From Dimorphilus gyrociliatus (lineage: Eukaryota; Animalia; Annelida): a DNA stretch of 64,000 bases. This document shows positions 26,003-39,960 of the stretch, piece after piece. The notes under the pieces are model-generated. The model worked only from the letters and a program-made list of their open reading frames with translations. It was not told the DNA's origin and did no database searches. The number at the start of each line of letters is the position of its first letter. Within the stretch, counting starts at the first letter, position 1. A program made the translations under genes and the position numbers. Location: contig CAJFCJ010000013.1 of the NCBI GenBank assembly GCA_904063045.1, positions 912,156-976,155 of the forward strand, written 5' to 3'.

Positions 26003-29000
26003 ATGCCATCACCCTATCAAATTTTATTTGAAATTAGCAAGTACTAAGAATAATTATTGCAAAACTAATACGTCTGCCCTCTCTATAGAAAGAAAAATAA
26101 AAGTATTGAAGAGTTTTCTGCTAAATTTTTGTCATTTTTCAATAAAATACAGGTTATATTTATCGATAGAGAACTCGTAGTAATTTCTTCTAAAAGGCAA
26201 CTTAAACAATGGCGAATATCTCACCCAACAAGGCGACACTACATAAAAGGGACATTATCAGTAAAGAATGCTATCCTTACGATAGGTTCCCAATTCATTG
26301 TTTCCTTAAAAGATCCAAATTCGTTCGTATAGTTTATATATTTTAACATTATTTTCAATATTTCATTGTTATACTTCGTTCTAAGAACCATTTAACTTCG
26401 AAGTCTATACTCCATCTAGAAATGGAAAATTTAAGTTTTATGAATGATTTTGTTATGTATGCTCTTTCAAACTGTAGTGGAGAAGGGGTAAATATCTTTA
26501 TAATATTATTTCTTTCTTTCAATCAATCAATCACTCATTTCGAATTTCTACAGTTTGAATTTTATTTATCATCATCTTCATTTAACGGCTATAGATTCAC
26601 CGATTGGTTAATTTATTGGCTATCTAGACATTTGTCGAAGAAGAGTATGGTTTGTTTACTTCTATTTAAAATAAAACCATTATTTTGATATACATGGGGG
26701 ATTGCTTATAGAATCATACGAAAATATCCAATATACCTATAACGTCTGGAGGAATATTCAACCTCAATACAACTGAACTTGTTTGTGAATGATTAAGAAT
26801 TTATCGCTGGAATATTAACAACATTATTTTTTTAAAGCAATTTCCTGCATCTTCTTGCTTTTCAATTCCCGAAAAATGTTTCAATTTTATCAATACTCTT
26901 AAATCTCTTAATCCCTATATTGATAGGTGTCTATTAAAAGAAGAAAATTGCAGAAATGAGTCAATTGGTTGGCAATTTATTCCCATAAGATGTTTATATA
27001 ATTGTTATTTTTTGAAATTTATAGCGTCACTTGAAAATTATAATAAACATATTTTGGATACTACTAAAATGGTTATTGTACATTTTGAGAAATTGTACCC
27101 TGAATCGCAGACAAAATGTCATCCATTTAAAAGGATGAGTTTCATTGACATTTTAACAGATAATTATCACGTTTCGACATCATCTCCAATGAAATTTTTG
27201 AAATGCGATTCGTATTTCTTATACGAATGCTTTGAAGTGAGTTCATCCTTTTTATCAATACTATAAAACGTCTCTATTAATCCTTATTGTTCCTTTCTAT
27301 AGGAATTCTATCCACTATTCTACTGTGAGAAATCGGTAGCAATAGTTCCTTGCACTACTTTAGAAGGAAATCAAAGTGTACTAGCCAGTCATTTCTGTGA
27401 TATCGCTATCTCATTTATTTTAAACGTAAGCGCTTTTACCTTTAAAAAAGAATTAATTAGCGTCTAATTGATTATTTAAAAAACAAAAGGTCTTAAAACC
27501 GTTAAATGTCCATGGAATTCTCTTCGTATGCATAGGAAAGGAAGATAAAACTTTAATAAGCAGTTTCAATAGTTATCTATTGAAAAAGAAGAATGATTTA
27601 GCAAATTTGATTGGTGAACAAATGAAGTTTGTCTCTATCTTATATATATATATATATATATTAATTATACAAAAATTATATTCTGATTAAATGTTAAAAG
27701 AGTAGAAGTTCTTGAAAAATTGGACCAAGCTGGACAAAATAGAGTGCATCATCTAGTTGCTCTCCACGAAATATTATCATTGTGCATTGAGAAGAAAAGT
27801 ATTGATATATTATTCCTTCAAGATGTTAACAGATCGGTATTTACAATAATAATCATTGGTATATATCGGTTTAAAAAGATTATATATATAATAGGCTATA
27901 TATAAATCTGCTGACAAACTCCACAAAATAATTATATCAAATTGCGAGTGGCTAAAGGTGTGTATGACCTACTTAAAAGTGATAATAATTAAAAAAACAA
28001 CCGAAATTTTGTTCATAGTACGGTAGTCCAGCTATTAATGAATTTAAAAAAAGTATTAGTAGTATGAAGAATGTACTAGCACATCCTTCAGAAATTGTTA
28101 CAAACATTCCTCCGAGTATTATGAGTTCTGGTAACGTCTGAATATATTTTTGTATTTCTTCACTCAAGTGAAAATAATTCAATTTCTTTTTATCTTAGCT
28201 GCCAAAAATCTGACCCCTTACCTGGTGAACGATGATACGAGAAAGAAGCACAAATCCCTTTTGGAAAGTTTAGAAGAATCGTATTCCGAAGATATATTTG
28301 TAAAGATTGTTTAATAATATTTAAATGATAATTTTTTAATATGGACTTTTATCATTTGCAGTCGGAAAAGGCAACAAGTAGATATTCTAATATTGTACAA
28401 TCGTTGATGCGTTTTCCCTATTCGACTGCACTGGAATTTCTACATATTACAGTAAACTTTTGTGCTTAAAAAAAAAATAGAAGCCCTTTGTAAATTGCTA
28501 AAAATTTTCAGGGAGATATAATAAGTTATAGAGAGGTTCTAAGAGAAACTAAAAGATATGTCACAAAGCCATCAAAATTGATTAATAAAATGAATGAGAT
28601 GGGAGAAAACCTGACAAAAGCTGATGAAATTTGTGACTATTATTTGCCTTTTCTAGATAAAGGAACATCGTATTACGATTCCGGCCATCTTATAGCATCA
28701 GAATTAAAATGCTGTCCAGTTGTAAGATTCATATTTGAATTTTTATTTTGCAATTTCCATATGCAAATTTAATTCTTCTGTACAGGATCTCCAAGAAATG
28801 GGATTGGGACTAAGGATAGTAAAGCAGACTTTCATTTTACCTCATTGCCTAAATCGTTATACGAATAGAGAAGTACGAGCAATACTTATAAAAGGAGAAA
28901 ATCTACGAGATCATAAATAACTTAGGTTTATCAACAGTTACAATCGCCTAACTCAGATCAAGCCTCCATTGCGTACAAGTTTGTGCATGGAATTGATAAC

Positions 29001-32000
29001 TCCCTCTCATGGCGAATTATTCAAATGTTCTTTCTAGTATATTATCATGCAAAGTCGTACTTTGTTGCGAAATTATATTGCAATTTAATTATTATTCAAT
29101 GCGGAACTTCAGAGTTATCCGTCCACGTAGAAAGTTAGTATAAAAAAACAAAGTTGTAAAAGAAAAATGACTGATATAAATACTAATTATTCCATTACTA
29201 TAGATAATGAAATAATTATAATTTGTTCCACTGTAAGAACTGATGATAGTCATCTCTATTTGGCCAATTTTCTAGTAGAAGCTTGCTCTATTGCAGAGTA
29301 TATTTTACATCTTGGGAAAGTCTATTATCAAGTTATTATTATCATATATTCATAGATATATATTTTTTATTATATATTGAAAAAAATCACATATAAATCT
29401 GTCAATTTTTTTACCTTTCTTTAATCAAGAAAGAAGAAATTCACGAATGGAATGGAAAAGATGACAAACAAAAGTTTAATGAATTCAGTAAAAGATAATT
29501 GATAAATTATTTTCTCTCTTTATCTCTTTTCTTTCTTCATATCCTAATACTATTTTTTTTTTATAAAAAAGGAAATAACTTTGTTATTAGATTGGAACAT
29601 GAGTTTATTGACGTTGAGAAGCAAAGTAATCTATTTAAAAAGAGAATGATTTGGGTAATTTAATCTTTTTATTAAAAAAAAATAATTAACAATCTTGTGT
29701 TTTTTTTAATAAAAAAAAAACAAAGCTTTTTCACAAAACTGTAAATCCAACTTCCTTCGAAGAGGTTCCATTTTGCGAAGATGTACCTGAAAATAGAAAT
29801 GAAAGAAAATTATCTAAATGCCGTACCAATACTACTGAGTTTAATAGAAAAAACCAATTATTATACTGGAAAATGAATGTTACAAACTTTAACCGAATCG
29901 AAATACCAGCAAACTGCGATATATTAATAGCGTATAAACAAAATTAAATTTTGCTATTGTTTATCAATCTAATTAATCTTATTTTTTTATAGGTCACAAA
30001 AGTATGTAACTATGTCTTTATGTCTTTCCTTTTATATTTACTATTTTATAAAATTATTATCTAAAAAGAATGGATCCTACTACTATAGCAGTAAAAGAGA
30101 AAAAGAAGAAGACTATAGATGATAATACAAATATTCATTATTTAGAATTGAGCATAAAAGACACTGTAGTACCGATTGTTTTAAGATCTGAATCAAGAAT
30201 TATGATAAAAATGAAGGAAATAGGATATTGTACATCGGTAAGTAGGGGAAATGAATTTTTCTGTAAAACAAAATAATGCAACTCTAATATCCTATATGTA
30301 CATTTGTTGAAAGGAAAAAACTGTTTCAAGATTACTTATTTATGCTGATGAAGTACTCATTCATAGAGATATCATACCAGTAACTGATTACAACGTGAAA
30401 ATTACTCCAAAAGAAGATTATCCGACTATTAACTTGGATTTTGCACCTGTACATTTTATTCTTGATACATTATATCTTTTCTTTCCTCATTTTTCTTTTC
30501 ATTTAATTAATTTACTCATTTTTCCTTCGATTTGCCTCCCTTCTAAGACTATCGAATACGATAAAGGATCCTTACTTAAGGTTGGCATGAAATTTGAGGG
30601 CTGGGACGTAGAGACTCGTCAGACACGTGTCGCTTCTATAGGTTTAATTGTTCGAATTGTTTTAATAGAGTTTTATAATTACCAATTTATCATATTGTAG
30701 CGGCTATTGACCCATTCGAAAATCAGATTTTAGTTCACTTTGACAGAATGCATGATTACAGTTTCTGGATTGATGCATCGGAATCGATACATATCTATCC
30801 CGTTGGTTGGACTGAAGAGAATGAAGATAAAAAAACAAATTCTAATAGACTACAACCTCCCCAAGATTATGACTCTTCAACATTTAATTGGACAGATTAC
30901 CTGGAGTATCTTAATAAAACTGCAATACCAAAAGCTTGGTTTGATAAGGTAATATATAATTTGTATATAAAATTTACAATAAAGAAAACTTTACTTACCA
31001 AAAGCGAGACAATAATTCAAAAGATATTTGTCCAGCAATCATCAATTTTCCAAAAGAATTCGACTATAAAATAATGAACGACGGTAGATTTTATCACCTT
31101 AATTAGCTAACTAATCAACTAACTAGAACATATTTTTCTACAGCACTCTTTACAAGCGCTTGTAAACTGATATTGGAGAATACAAGAAAACTTAGTGGAA
31201 TAATGAAAACTCCGACTGGATCCCGTCAATGGATCCTAAATACAAATGTGCCTTTAACGAGAACAAAATGCTTTCGATTGAAAGATATAGAAGAGTCGAA
31301 GATTAATTTTGCGTACTTACTTTGCGAAGGAAGTAGACCAGCCGATATGCATATATTTACTAACTTGGAAAGAGAAATTAAAGATATATCGGAAGAGAAT
31401 ATGCTCTTATTTAAAAAGTTTACGATATGCCAATTAGCAAGGATATTACAAAATGTTAAAGATCAAAGAAAAGCGAGAAATTATTCAAAAATAGCATCTT
31501 TATATTTTTATTTTTGCTATTTGGTTAAGACGCATCAATTAGACGACATTGCCGAATTTGGAAAGACTTCTAAAACAACTAAAAGTCTTTGTAAATTTAT
31601 TGATAAATATTTCGAACAGTCGGAATATTTTAAAGATAGGAATGGAAAATCTTCTATAGCATGTTCATATCATAAAAAGAGATCGCAAGCTCGTGATGAA
31701 GGTAGTTTTTGCGAACAAATAGTTTCCTCGCTAATTGAAGTGTTAGACACCATAAACTCCAGCAACGTTAAATTGTTTTTAAGCTGGCCCGATAGGTTTG
31801 ATTGTCTTGTTATATATTATATAAACTATATAATAGTCTATATTACAGAATTAATGGAATATCCAGTATTGATGTAGATGGGATAGAAGATATACCGAAA
31901 CATTTAGGATATATATATAAATGTATGTTCTTGACGAATTTAACAATAGAAAATTGTGGAATTAAGGAAATAGGAGACGAAATTATTCACCTTTCGAATA

Positions 32001-35000
32001 CATTAGAGACAATATCACTTTCTGGGAATCCTATTGTGAAAATGTCTGATAATTTTTACAAATTACGCGGTCTTCAACGGATAAATGTGTCTAATACGAA
32101 AATAACGAATCTTTCTAGGCAGTTTCTTGAATTCAATGCCTTACGAGATCTTAACGTTTCTGATAATTATTTGGACGAGTTTCCCAGCTTTCTAAGCAAA
32201 CTGACATCTTTAATACACTTAAACGTATCCGGTAAAGAGATATATCCTTTTCGAGAGAAGCAGGCTTTAACGAAAAAGGATTTTGAAAATTATTTATTGA
32301 GCTTAAATGAACATTGCGTTAATATTCCCAATGTTAGACGTGTCTTTGAAGAGAAGATAATAAATAAAGAATACATAGAAGGAGAACAAATTGAAGAACT
32401 TCACGCCCAAATATTTAAGGAAATGCCTCATATTAGAAAATTTCCAGAGATTGACGACAACAGCTTTCAACGATTAGAAACGCTATTGTTAATGAATCAG
32501 AATTTGTTATCTATAGATCCGTCTATTGTTAAGATAAGTCGGCTAAAGCGTATAGACCTTAGCAATAATCCATGTTTGGAGGAAGTACCAGCTATTAGCA
32601 CTAACGAATTAAGATCAATATCATTAAAAGGCTGCGGTTCTTTGAAAACTCCTCCAAAGGAAATAGTAGCTAAGGGGCATTTTGCTGTTTTAGGATACCT
32701 TAAACGACTCTCTAAAGGTTCAGTAGTTTGTCGAAGAACTAAACTAATGTTAGTGGGTCTAGGAGGAGCTGGAAAGACCAGTTTGATGAAATCACTTATT
32801 TCCGAACAACCCACCAAAACACCTCCTGACGTTACTGACGGTATTGATATCGTTAATTGGGATGTAGGATCGTTAGTCTATTCTCTTTGGGATTTTGCTG
32901 GTCAAACTGTTTATTATAACACACATCAATACTTTTTATCAAATAGAGCCATATATATCCTAGCGTGGAATGTTCGCCTGGGACACGAACACTCCGGTTT
33001 AAAGTTCTGGCTTAGTTCTATTGAATGCCATGCTCCAAAGACACCGGTTTTAGTTGTTGGAACTCATATCGACGAAGTAAGAAACATTTTAAGATATTCT
33101 TTAAAAGTTTAAATTCGAACCTTTATAGATATATACTGTATATATATATATTAATACATTCCTATTTTTCAAGGTTGAAAAATCAGAATTACCGGAAATC
33201 GAACTACAAAGACGTTATACTCAGATTAAAGGATTTTATTACGTATCGTCGTTAACTAATATTGGAATTGATGAACTACGAAACGATTTAATTCAAATAA
33301 CATTGAAACAAAAATATATGGACGAAAAGATACCAAAGATATGGTTAGACTTTGAGGAGATCCTACTAAAGTAGATTTTCTAATACTGTATTCCTATTAG
33401 TGGTGTTAAGCTAATAATTGTTATTTAGATACAGAAATTCCAATTGTAACGTGCTAGAATTTTCAACGATTGCTAAAGTAGCAGAAGAGAAATGCCATAT
33501 CAGCCGAAGTGAACTAGTACAATGTATTGAATTTTTACACGAATTGGGAGCAATACAATACTTCAATAACGAATTCCTAAAGAATAGAATTGTAGTTAAT
33601 CCCCAATGGATTGTTGATGTAATGGCTTGTGTTGTTTCTGTTAAATTAAGCCCCATTGTTGATGGTAAATTCTATCATAAAGATATACGGTCAATTTGGA
33701 AAGATGACCAATTTCCAGAAGATATGCTCAGCTGGTTGTTAAAATTAACTGAAGAATTTGATTTAACATTTTGCCTTAAGCAGGATAAAGCTAACCTGGT
33801 ACCTTGTTTACTACCTGAAAGAGAACCGGAAGTAAGTAAATTCCATTTGAAATATTATATATACATTCACTGATATCATCTTTTTCTTATAGTTTGAATG
33901 GAAAAATCTGATTGAATCGGACGATGAAATCGAAATGAAAATGATATATAAGTTTGATTATCTACCATCCGGTCTATTTAATAGAGCCCAAGTAAGACTA
34001 CATCAATTCTGCGATGAGTCGCTTATATGGAGAAAAGGAATGTTATTGAATAAGAATATACATAGAGCTTTAATGAAACAATTAAAGTAAGCATCAAATT
34101 ACTCTTCCAACTCTCTTTAGAAACTTAATGCTGCGCATAAATTCTCTAGCGATACTACTGTTCTCGTTCGAGCTCAAGGATTAAAGCCCGACAATGTTCT
34201 ATTTTTAGTTCATGAAGTTTTTGAAACGTTAATTGCAGAATCATTTAGCGGTGTGAGATACGATTATAGCATACCTTGTCCAGAGTGTCTTCGATACGTA
34301 ATTAATTTCTCTTGTTATTGTTTAAAACTAAATACTTTAATACTAATCCTTCGCTGTTTAATAGTTTAGTGCCGATCCTTCAATGATACCGGGTCAAAGG
34401 ATTCGAAAAGCAATTGCTCTTAAAGTACCATTTCTGCAATGCGTTGAAAATTTCCATACTATGTCGATAACTCAACTAAGATCTGCTCTACCTCCTGAAA
34501 ATTCGGAAGATTTCGATATTCAACTGCAAAAAAGCGTTAATGAATTGCGTAATATCAAATCAAACCTTTGTTTGAGTATTATCATTATGTACTCGGAATC
34601 GGATTTACCAAAATCCGGCTTAGAATATACAGTAGTCGGTTTACCTATGTTACAGAGAGACCTGAAAAATAAAGGATACGATACGTATGTTAATCAAAAC
34701 AATTTTTTATTATAGAGTGTATAAATCTATTTATCTATTTAAAATAGTAAAACAATTAATGATATGGATAATCTGTCTATGGAAGAGATGATTAGTACTA
34801 TAAAGGAGTCTCAGGTTTAAAAAAAATTTGTAGTTTATAAAATAGAACACGAGAACGCTAATTAAAGAAAAATGTTCCATTTTTTGCAGATTGTTTTGGT
34901 ACTAATTAGCGATGCTTTCGTAAAAAATCAAACAACAAAAAATTTATTCATATACATTAAAAAATTTCTTAATAAGAGAACTCAGTTAATTCTTACTAAT

Positions 35001-36711
35001 GATGATAAAGAATGGAAAAGCGACTTCGAAGTCGGACCTCTTTGCGCCGATGATGTTTTTATATCGATGAATAGTATTGATAAATATCAGCTTAGATTTC
35101 AAGATTTAATCGATAATATTTCAAAACATGAAACTTTGAGTCGTGTTAGTATTCTCTCTTTTCCACCTTTTTATTCCGCTATTAAAATAATTCTTCTCTT
35201 TTATAGACTGATTGGCCACCCTGTTTTATTAGCTATTGTTGGTCTAATTCTTTATCAGCAATCGCTAAGGGAACAAAATCCACCGACAAGAGTAAAGGAC
35301 TAGTTGATCCTAGAGACTTAAAAGATGTTCTTGAAAAGAATGATATTAAATGTTGGATGGACGTTGAGCAAGTTGGTCAATCGGGTTTATTTCAAGATAT
35401 TGCAGAAGGTTTAAAACACGCTCGAGTGGTTGTTGTATGCGTATCCGACGAGGTATGATTACAATTATTTTGTCAGCAGATATATATAAATTATGCTGTA
35501 TATTGTATCTAGTACGTTAACTCCCGAAACTGCCAAATGGAATTTCGTTTTGCCGCTATTACATTAAGACTACCAATTATTTTCGCTGTAGTAGGTACCG
35601 GTCAGGATTGGGTTCGCTCAGAAGTTTGTATTAACCTTGTTGATTACCTTATTATATATATGATATAAAATATAATTCAATCATTTAGATTGGAATGATA
35701 TCGTTAAATCATTCAAGAGTTAATCTACAATCACCTAATTATGATTTGAACGATGTTGCTGAGCTAGTTAAACCACATTTAGACAATTTTGACGATATTA
35801 AGAATAAAGAAATTGCTCTAAAAGAGAAAATTGATCAAAGAGCTTACAAAGAGATATTAGAATTGGCTCAAAGGAAATTATTGCGTCAAGTTATTGGTTT
35901 AGCTAATAAAATCAACGTTGGCTATTTACCTCATTTACCAATTTTAGATTTTGAATGCGATCAAGATTCTAAGATAAAAAACTATCAATTTGTCTTTCTT
36001 TGTGAACACGAAGAAGGTTGGCATATTCCTAATGAAAAAGCTTCGAAACAATGGGACATGAGTCCTGGTACATCGGATGAAAATGAAAACTTAAAGCTAT
36101 GGTCTCCCTATTTAGCTAGAATCTTTGCCATTCTAAAGTTCACATCCATTGAACTCTCGATACTAAAATTCAGTATTGGTCAAGAAATTGTTAACGGGTT
36201 AATTGAAAAATCAGTTCAAGCAGAAGATATTAGCGATTCCAGTTTCGAAAAGGCCTACACGCAAATTATGAATTCTCTAAACGAACTGGTAGACATATTC
36301 CTGAATGAGGATAGCTGTTTAGCTAGATGCTATACAGGCAGTGGAAAAATACTTTGGCTTTGTAAAGAACATCAGAATCTTCCAAGAATAACTAAATTAG
36401 AACTAGAAGAAGGGGACAAAGGACGGGCGTTAAATTCCGTAGAATCCGATAGAGATCAGAGATTTGCTGATCGAGTTAAAATGGCTAACAAAGTAGGTGC
36501 AGAGAAGAGCGTACAGTTGAGAGGAAAATTTATAGGTGCTCAAGTGGCCGCTGATTCTGCTGTCAAGTTAAATAAGATGAAAGAAGCTGATGTAGCTAAA
36601 AATATTGAAAAATCAGATTCAACAATTGATATAGCTGAAACTGCTAAAACTGTTATTGGACAATCTATAGCAAAAGAAAAACAAACCAGTAGAGCCTGCG
36701 TTATCACTTGA
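26003..36711 (+). CDS. Giant ROCO protein A: degenerate Roc-COR, MBT, LRR, Roc, COR, pseudo-TIR, TIR, CaaX; multi-exon
   Basis: LRRs (31.85-32.65 kb); Roc KLMLVGLGGAGKTSL, WDFAGQ, VGTHID; COR EFLHELGAIQYF...VNPQWIVDVM and YKFDYLPSGLFNRAQVRL; TIR CFISYCWSN...CQMEFRFA; MBT LKVGMKFEGWD...LVHFD...FW...YPVGW...FNWTDYL; ends RACVIT*. The MBT-to-LRR join is inferred via a 56-nt intron (30949-31004) and a short exon 31005-31083. The start at 26003 is tentative. Confidence 0.8.
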
Positions 36712-37201
36712 TACGAGAGTATAAATTACAAAGAAAATAATCTATTACAAATTTTTTTAAATCGCTGGTAGACTAATATTTCACGGTCGAATATTTTTGA
36801 TGTTTTGCTACAGTTTTTACAATAACTGTTCATTTAATCCTGCTGTAAACTTTATATTACCGGCCTTTCTTCACAGTCCATAAAGAGAATTAATTAAAGG
36901 TATACGTAAACTTCACAGTCCCTTGAATAATTTTTAATAGTAGAGAAGACAATACTAATTAATTGTCATTAGCTACATATTTTTTCCATCAGTAAACAAA
37001 CCTGCCATTGTAATGACATCTATCTCCTTTCAGTTTTATCGTGTATTACAAAAAAAACTAACCTTTTTCAAAATTATCATTCTATTTAAAAAATGAAAAA
37101 TAGGAATATAGATGGCGTTCAATATTTCATTGAGTACAAATAAGATTTTTTAGTACTAATTAATTAATTTAATGTCAAATTTTCAACACTCAATTGGGAC
37201 A

Positions 37202-37284
37202 GGTGGATTAGTCCAGTGCTCATAGCTCCTGTCCGCACTCTCGCGGCATTTAAAGCCCGGGATCGAAGCTGGTTAAATCCAGCG
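37202..37284 (+). ncRNA. Degenerate tRNA-like element A (tRNA-Glu-like); Pol III-type pseudogene, SINE head or ncRNA
   Basis: GC-rich island. Terminal helix GGTGGAT/ATCCAGC (6 of 7 pairs); A-box-like TAGTCCAGTG at tRNA position 8; CTCTC and GCCCGGGATCGAA resemble tRNA-Glu(CTC) GCCCGGGTTCGAT. Cloverleaf imperfect. Confidence 0.4.
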
Positions 37285-38920
37285 AAAATAATTAAAATAT
37301 AACAGTTTGCACAAAATTATCTCCAAGGCCAAACCGTCTTGGAAGAGCTTGTAAATAATAACAAAATGCAAAAGGAAACGTTAAATGTTGTACATAGAAA
37401 AAATTGTAAATAAAGGCACACAAAAAGTACCTAAAGAGAACAAATGTAAATATTGTAAATAAGGGTTGAATAAACCCATTTTGCTAAAATATTCACCTTA
37501 ATTTTTCATCTTATAAATAATTTGGTTATTGTTTTATTCCTAACATATACAATACATATACTGTATATATACTATATGTATACGTTCTTTTCGTGACGTC
37601 ATAACATTACGCCTTACAATTTTTTTCATTCTTTTCAAAAAATTTTAAAAAACTGATACTAATATTATGTTTAATTCTCGGTTTATTTAAGCATAAAAAA
37701 GCTTTTTTTTTTGCTGTAAACTACTTTTAGATACTTTTTAATTAGTCTAGAAAAAAAGGTAGACTGACGCCATCTGGTATTTGAATTATTGACACACCCA
37801 ACCCCCCTTCCCAACAGTACATAGTTGTTCCAGTCCACGTAAAATCTCGTCTTTTAACGTGCATGGAACTGTTGTTAAAACATGTGACGTTATTTAGGCA
37901 AAAATGACGGTAAAGCATTTATTCTATCTATGAAATAAGTATTGATAAGTTACCTAGTTTTTAGATGCATGTTTAAAATTTCTTACAGCTTCTGAGTTAT
38001 CTGCATTTTAGTTTTTATTACAAAAAGGAATTCCTATGTATAATAAACTTTTTCGTCAGTCAGGAAATTGGGGAATTTTCTTCCACTAAAAGCAAACGTC
38101 AAGAATATAATAAAAACCTACAATTTACTTTACAAGAGTAATAATATAGTTCGGAAGAGGAAGAGTGGAGCAGAACAAAATGGAGTACTTTTTTTTGCCG
38201 CCAAATTGTTGACAACAACCAACTGCTACAAAATTTAAATAAGCCCTACATATGAACTCGAATTTGGCCTGATAAGTCAAAAAATAATTCATCTCAATAA
38301 CAAATTTTCAAAAGATTATCTATGCAATTTTTTCAGAAAAAGAAAAAAGGGACAATTCAGGAAAGCTACGCATTTTTTGCAACATAAAGTCAGAAGTCAA
38401 CATGAAAAAGAGAAGAAGAGTTAGGAGGACAGTAAATTCAAATTCGATTAAGATGAATATCAATTAAGAGAATATCAAGTCAAAAATGATTTATGCATTT
38501 TGTCTTAAATTTATTTTTTAAAAGTTTTTTCTATAAAAAATTTTTTTTATTTTTTTTTATTTTTCCTTTTTCAATTATGTTTTTTATTATTCTTTCTATT
38601 TTTATTTTTAATATTTTTATTTTTCGATTTTTTTATATTTTACTTATATTTTCTTTTATCGTTTATCGTTCATGCAATATCAATATATATATATATTTAA
38701 TTAACGTTTATCATATTCCGTGCTTTGAACATGTTTTTCTAATAATTGTTTACATTCACATTTACAGTACACTTAACATTTAATGAGTATCAGTTAATGA
38801 CAATTGTAGTTTCTTTCGTGTCTATCTTTACCCAGAATTAATCCAATGTTTTGTAAACTCGTCCCTTTTGCCCAATACAATCTGATTACTTCCAAAGTTT
38901 TTTTAACGTCCATTTTTACC

Positions 38921-38986
38921 AACTGGCGGGTTTCGAACCCGTTACCATAGATGGTGCGGCCGGGAGCTCCTAACGCTATGCCAGTC
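38921..38986 (-). ncRNA. Degenerate tRNA-like element B with A box and B box
   Basis: Minus strand GACTGGCATAGCGTTAGGAGCT...CGGGTTCGAAACCCGCCAGTT. A-box TGGCATAGCG and T-arm CGGG-TTCGAAA-CCCG lie at canonical T8-to-T54 spacing (46 nt); terminal helix GACTGG(C)/(G)CCAGTT; no proper anticodon stem. Confidence 0.5.
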
Positions 38987-39067
38987 CTCAACGGCCCAAA
39001 TAACAGTTCTTAAAACTTGCTATTGAAACGCACTTTTAACAAAACTAACTATACATCAAATACTACA

Positions 39068-39250
39068 TGGCGCCATCTGTGATGTAACAATTTGATAAGA
39101 TTTCGGAAGATTTTAGTACAAGAAGTAACCCAATCAATAACAAAATCATCTTACATTGGAGAGAATAGGGAATTTCTCTTTCTCTGTCCAATTATATTAA
39201 ATTTGGAGATTCTTTCGCAAATTTTCAATATAGAACTTTAGATGGCGCCA
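39068..39250. promoter_or_regulatory. Inverted pair TGGCGCCATCT (39068-39078) / AGATGGCGCCA (39240-39250), YY1-like motif, between divergent elements B and C
   Basis: Perfect 11-bp reverse complements. The core resembles the YY1 consensus CGCCATNTT/AAGATGGCG and recurs in intergenic DNA elsewhere in the window. Confidence 0.45.
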
Positions 39251-39331
39251 AGTGCTTTTTTTTGTGTTAGAAACTAATTAGACTCAAGGTAAATCTGAGT
39301 TTTAGTAACACACTTTCGGGGTCGCCGGCTT

Positions 39332-39447
39332 GGGCGCATACGAGGAAGCCAAGGCGATTGTACCCTCGCATCCGTTCGGTAAGATACTGTTCAGGGTTCG
39401 AACACACTTAGCGCCCCAACAAACTTCTTTTTTTTTTTTTTTTTTTT
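39332..39447 (+). ncRNA. Degenerate tRNA-Leu/Ser-like element C followed by an oligo-T (Pol III terminator-like) run
   Basis: Terminal helix GGGCGC/GCGCCC; CGAG..AAGGCG resembles the type II tRNA D-arm CCGAGCGGTCTAAGGCG; GGGTTCGAACAC is B-box-like; T20 run at 39428-39447; T-stem does not pair. Confidence 0.45.
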
Positions 39448-39960
39448 CTTTTATATTCTTATTTCAATTTATCTGCGTCTCCTTGATTTATTTTGTTTTT
39501 ATATTTATTTTATTATTATTACTATTATCGGTATTATTATGATTTTGAATAAAACACGAAACCCAACTATTTTTCAAGTACAAAATAGAAAATTTTATAA
39601 TTCAAAGCGGTAATTTAATTTGTGATATTAAAAATTAAATCTCTTTAAGAAGATTAAGATGATGTTTTCTTGAAATAATATTTAAGATCAACTAGACAGC
39701 GCCCTCTATAAACGAAGCATTACGCAAAGACATCACTTCCGTTCCTAGAAGCAAGATAGAAAACATTCGAAAAAAAGAATAAATCTTAAAGGTGATAGAG
39801 TTTGGCTTTTTTCTTTGTTTTTCTCTTCTCAACTTTGATTAAAACTCATAAAAAACGTATTAAGTATACATTGAAATTCTTAGTAACTACTCAACAGATT
39901 GACTGCTATAAAAAGGAGAAAGCGAAAATTTTCATTATTCGCCATATTGAACTTGGAACA

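Noticed and set aside
31036-31076. Apparent TAATG stop-start overlap splitting the MBT gene from the LRR-Roc gene
   Set aside because: An acceptor at 31004 gives an in-frame join, and paralogue B has an equivalent ~26-aa phase-1 linker exon, so a single gene is more parsimonious. cDNA is still needed.
37594-37601. Perfect CRE palindrome TGACGTCA
   Set aside because: A single 8-mer with no assignable promoter; could be chance.
38493-38783. Phe/Ile-rich 96-aa ORF
   Set aside because: Artefact of a T-rich low-complexity tract.
37202-39418. Calling elements A, B and C functional tRNAs or vault RNA
   Set aside because: Anticodon or T stems do not pair canonically, and the A-box/terminator layout does not clearly match vault RNA. 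They are kept only as tRNA-like candidates.
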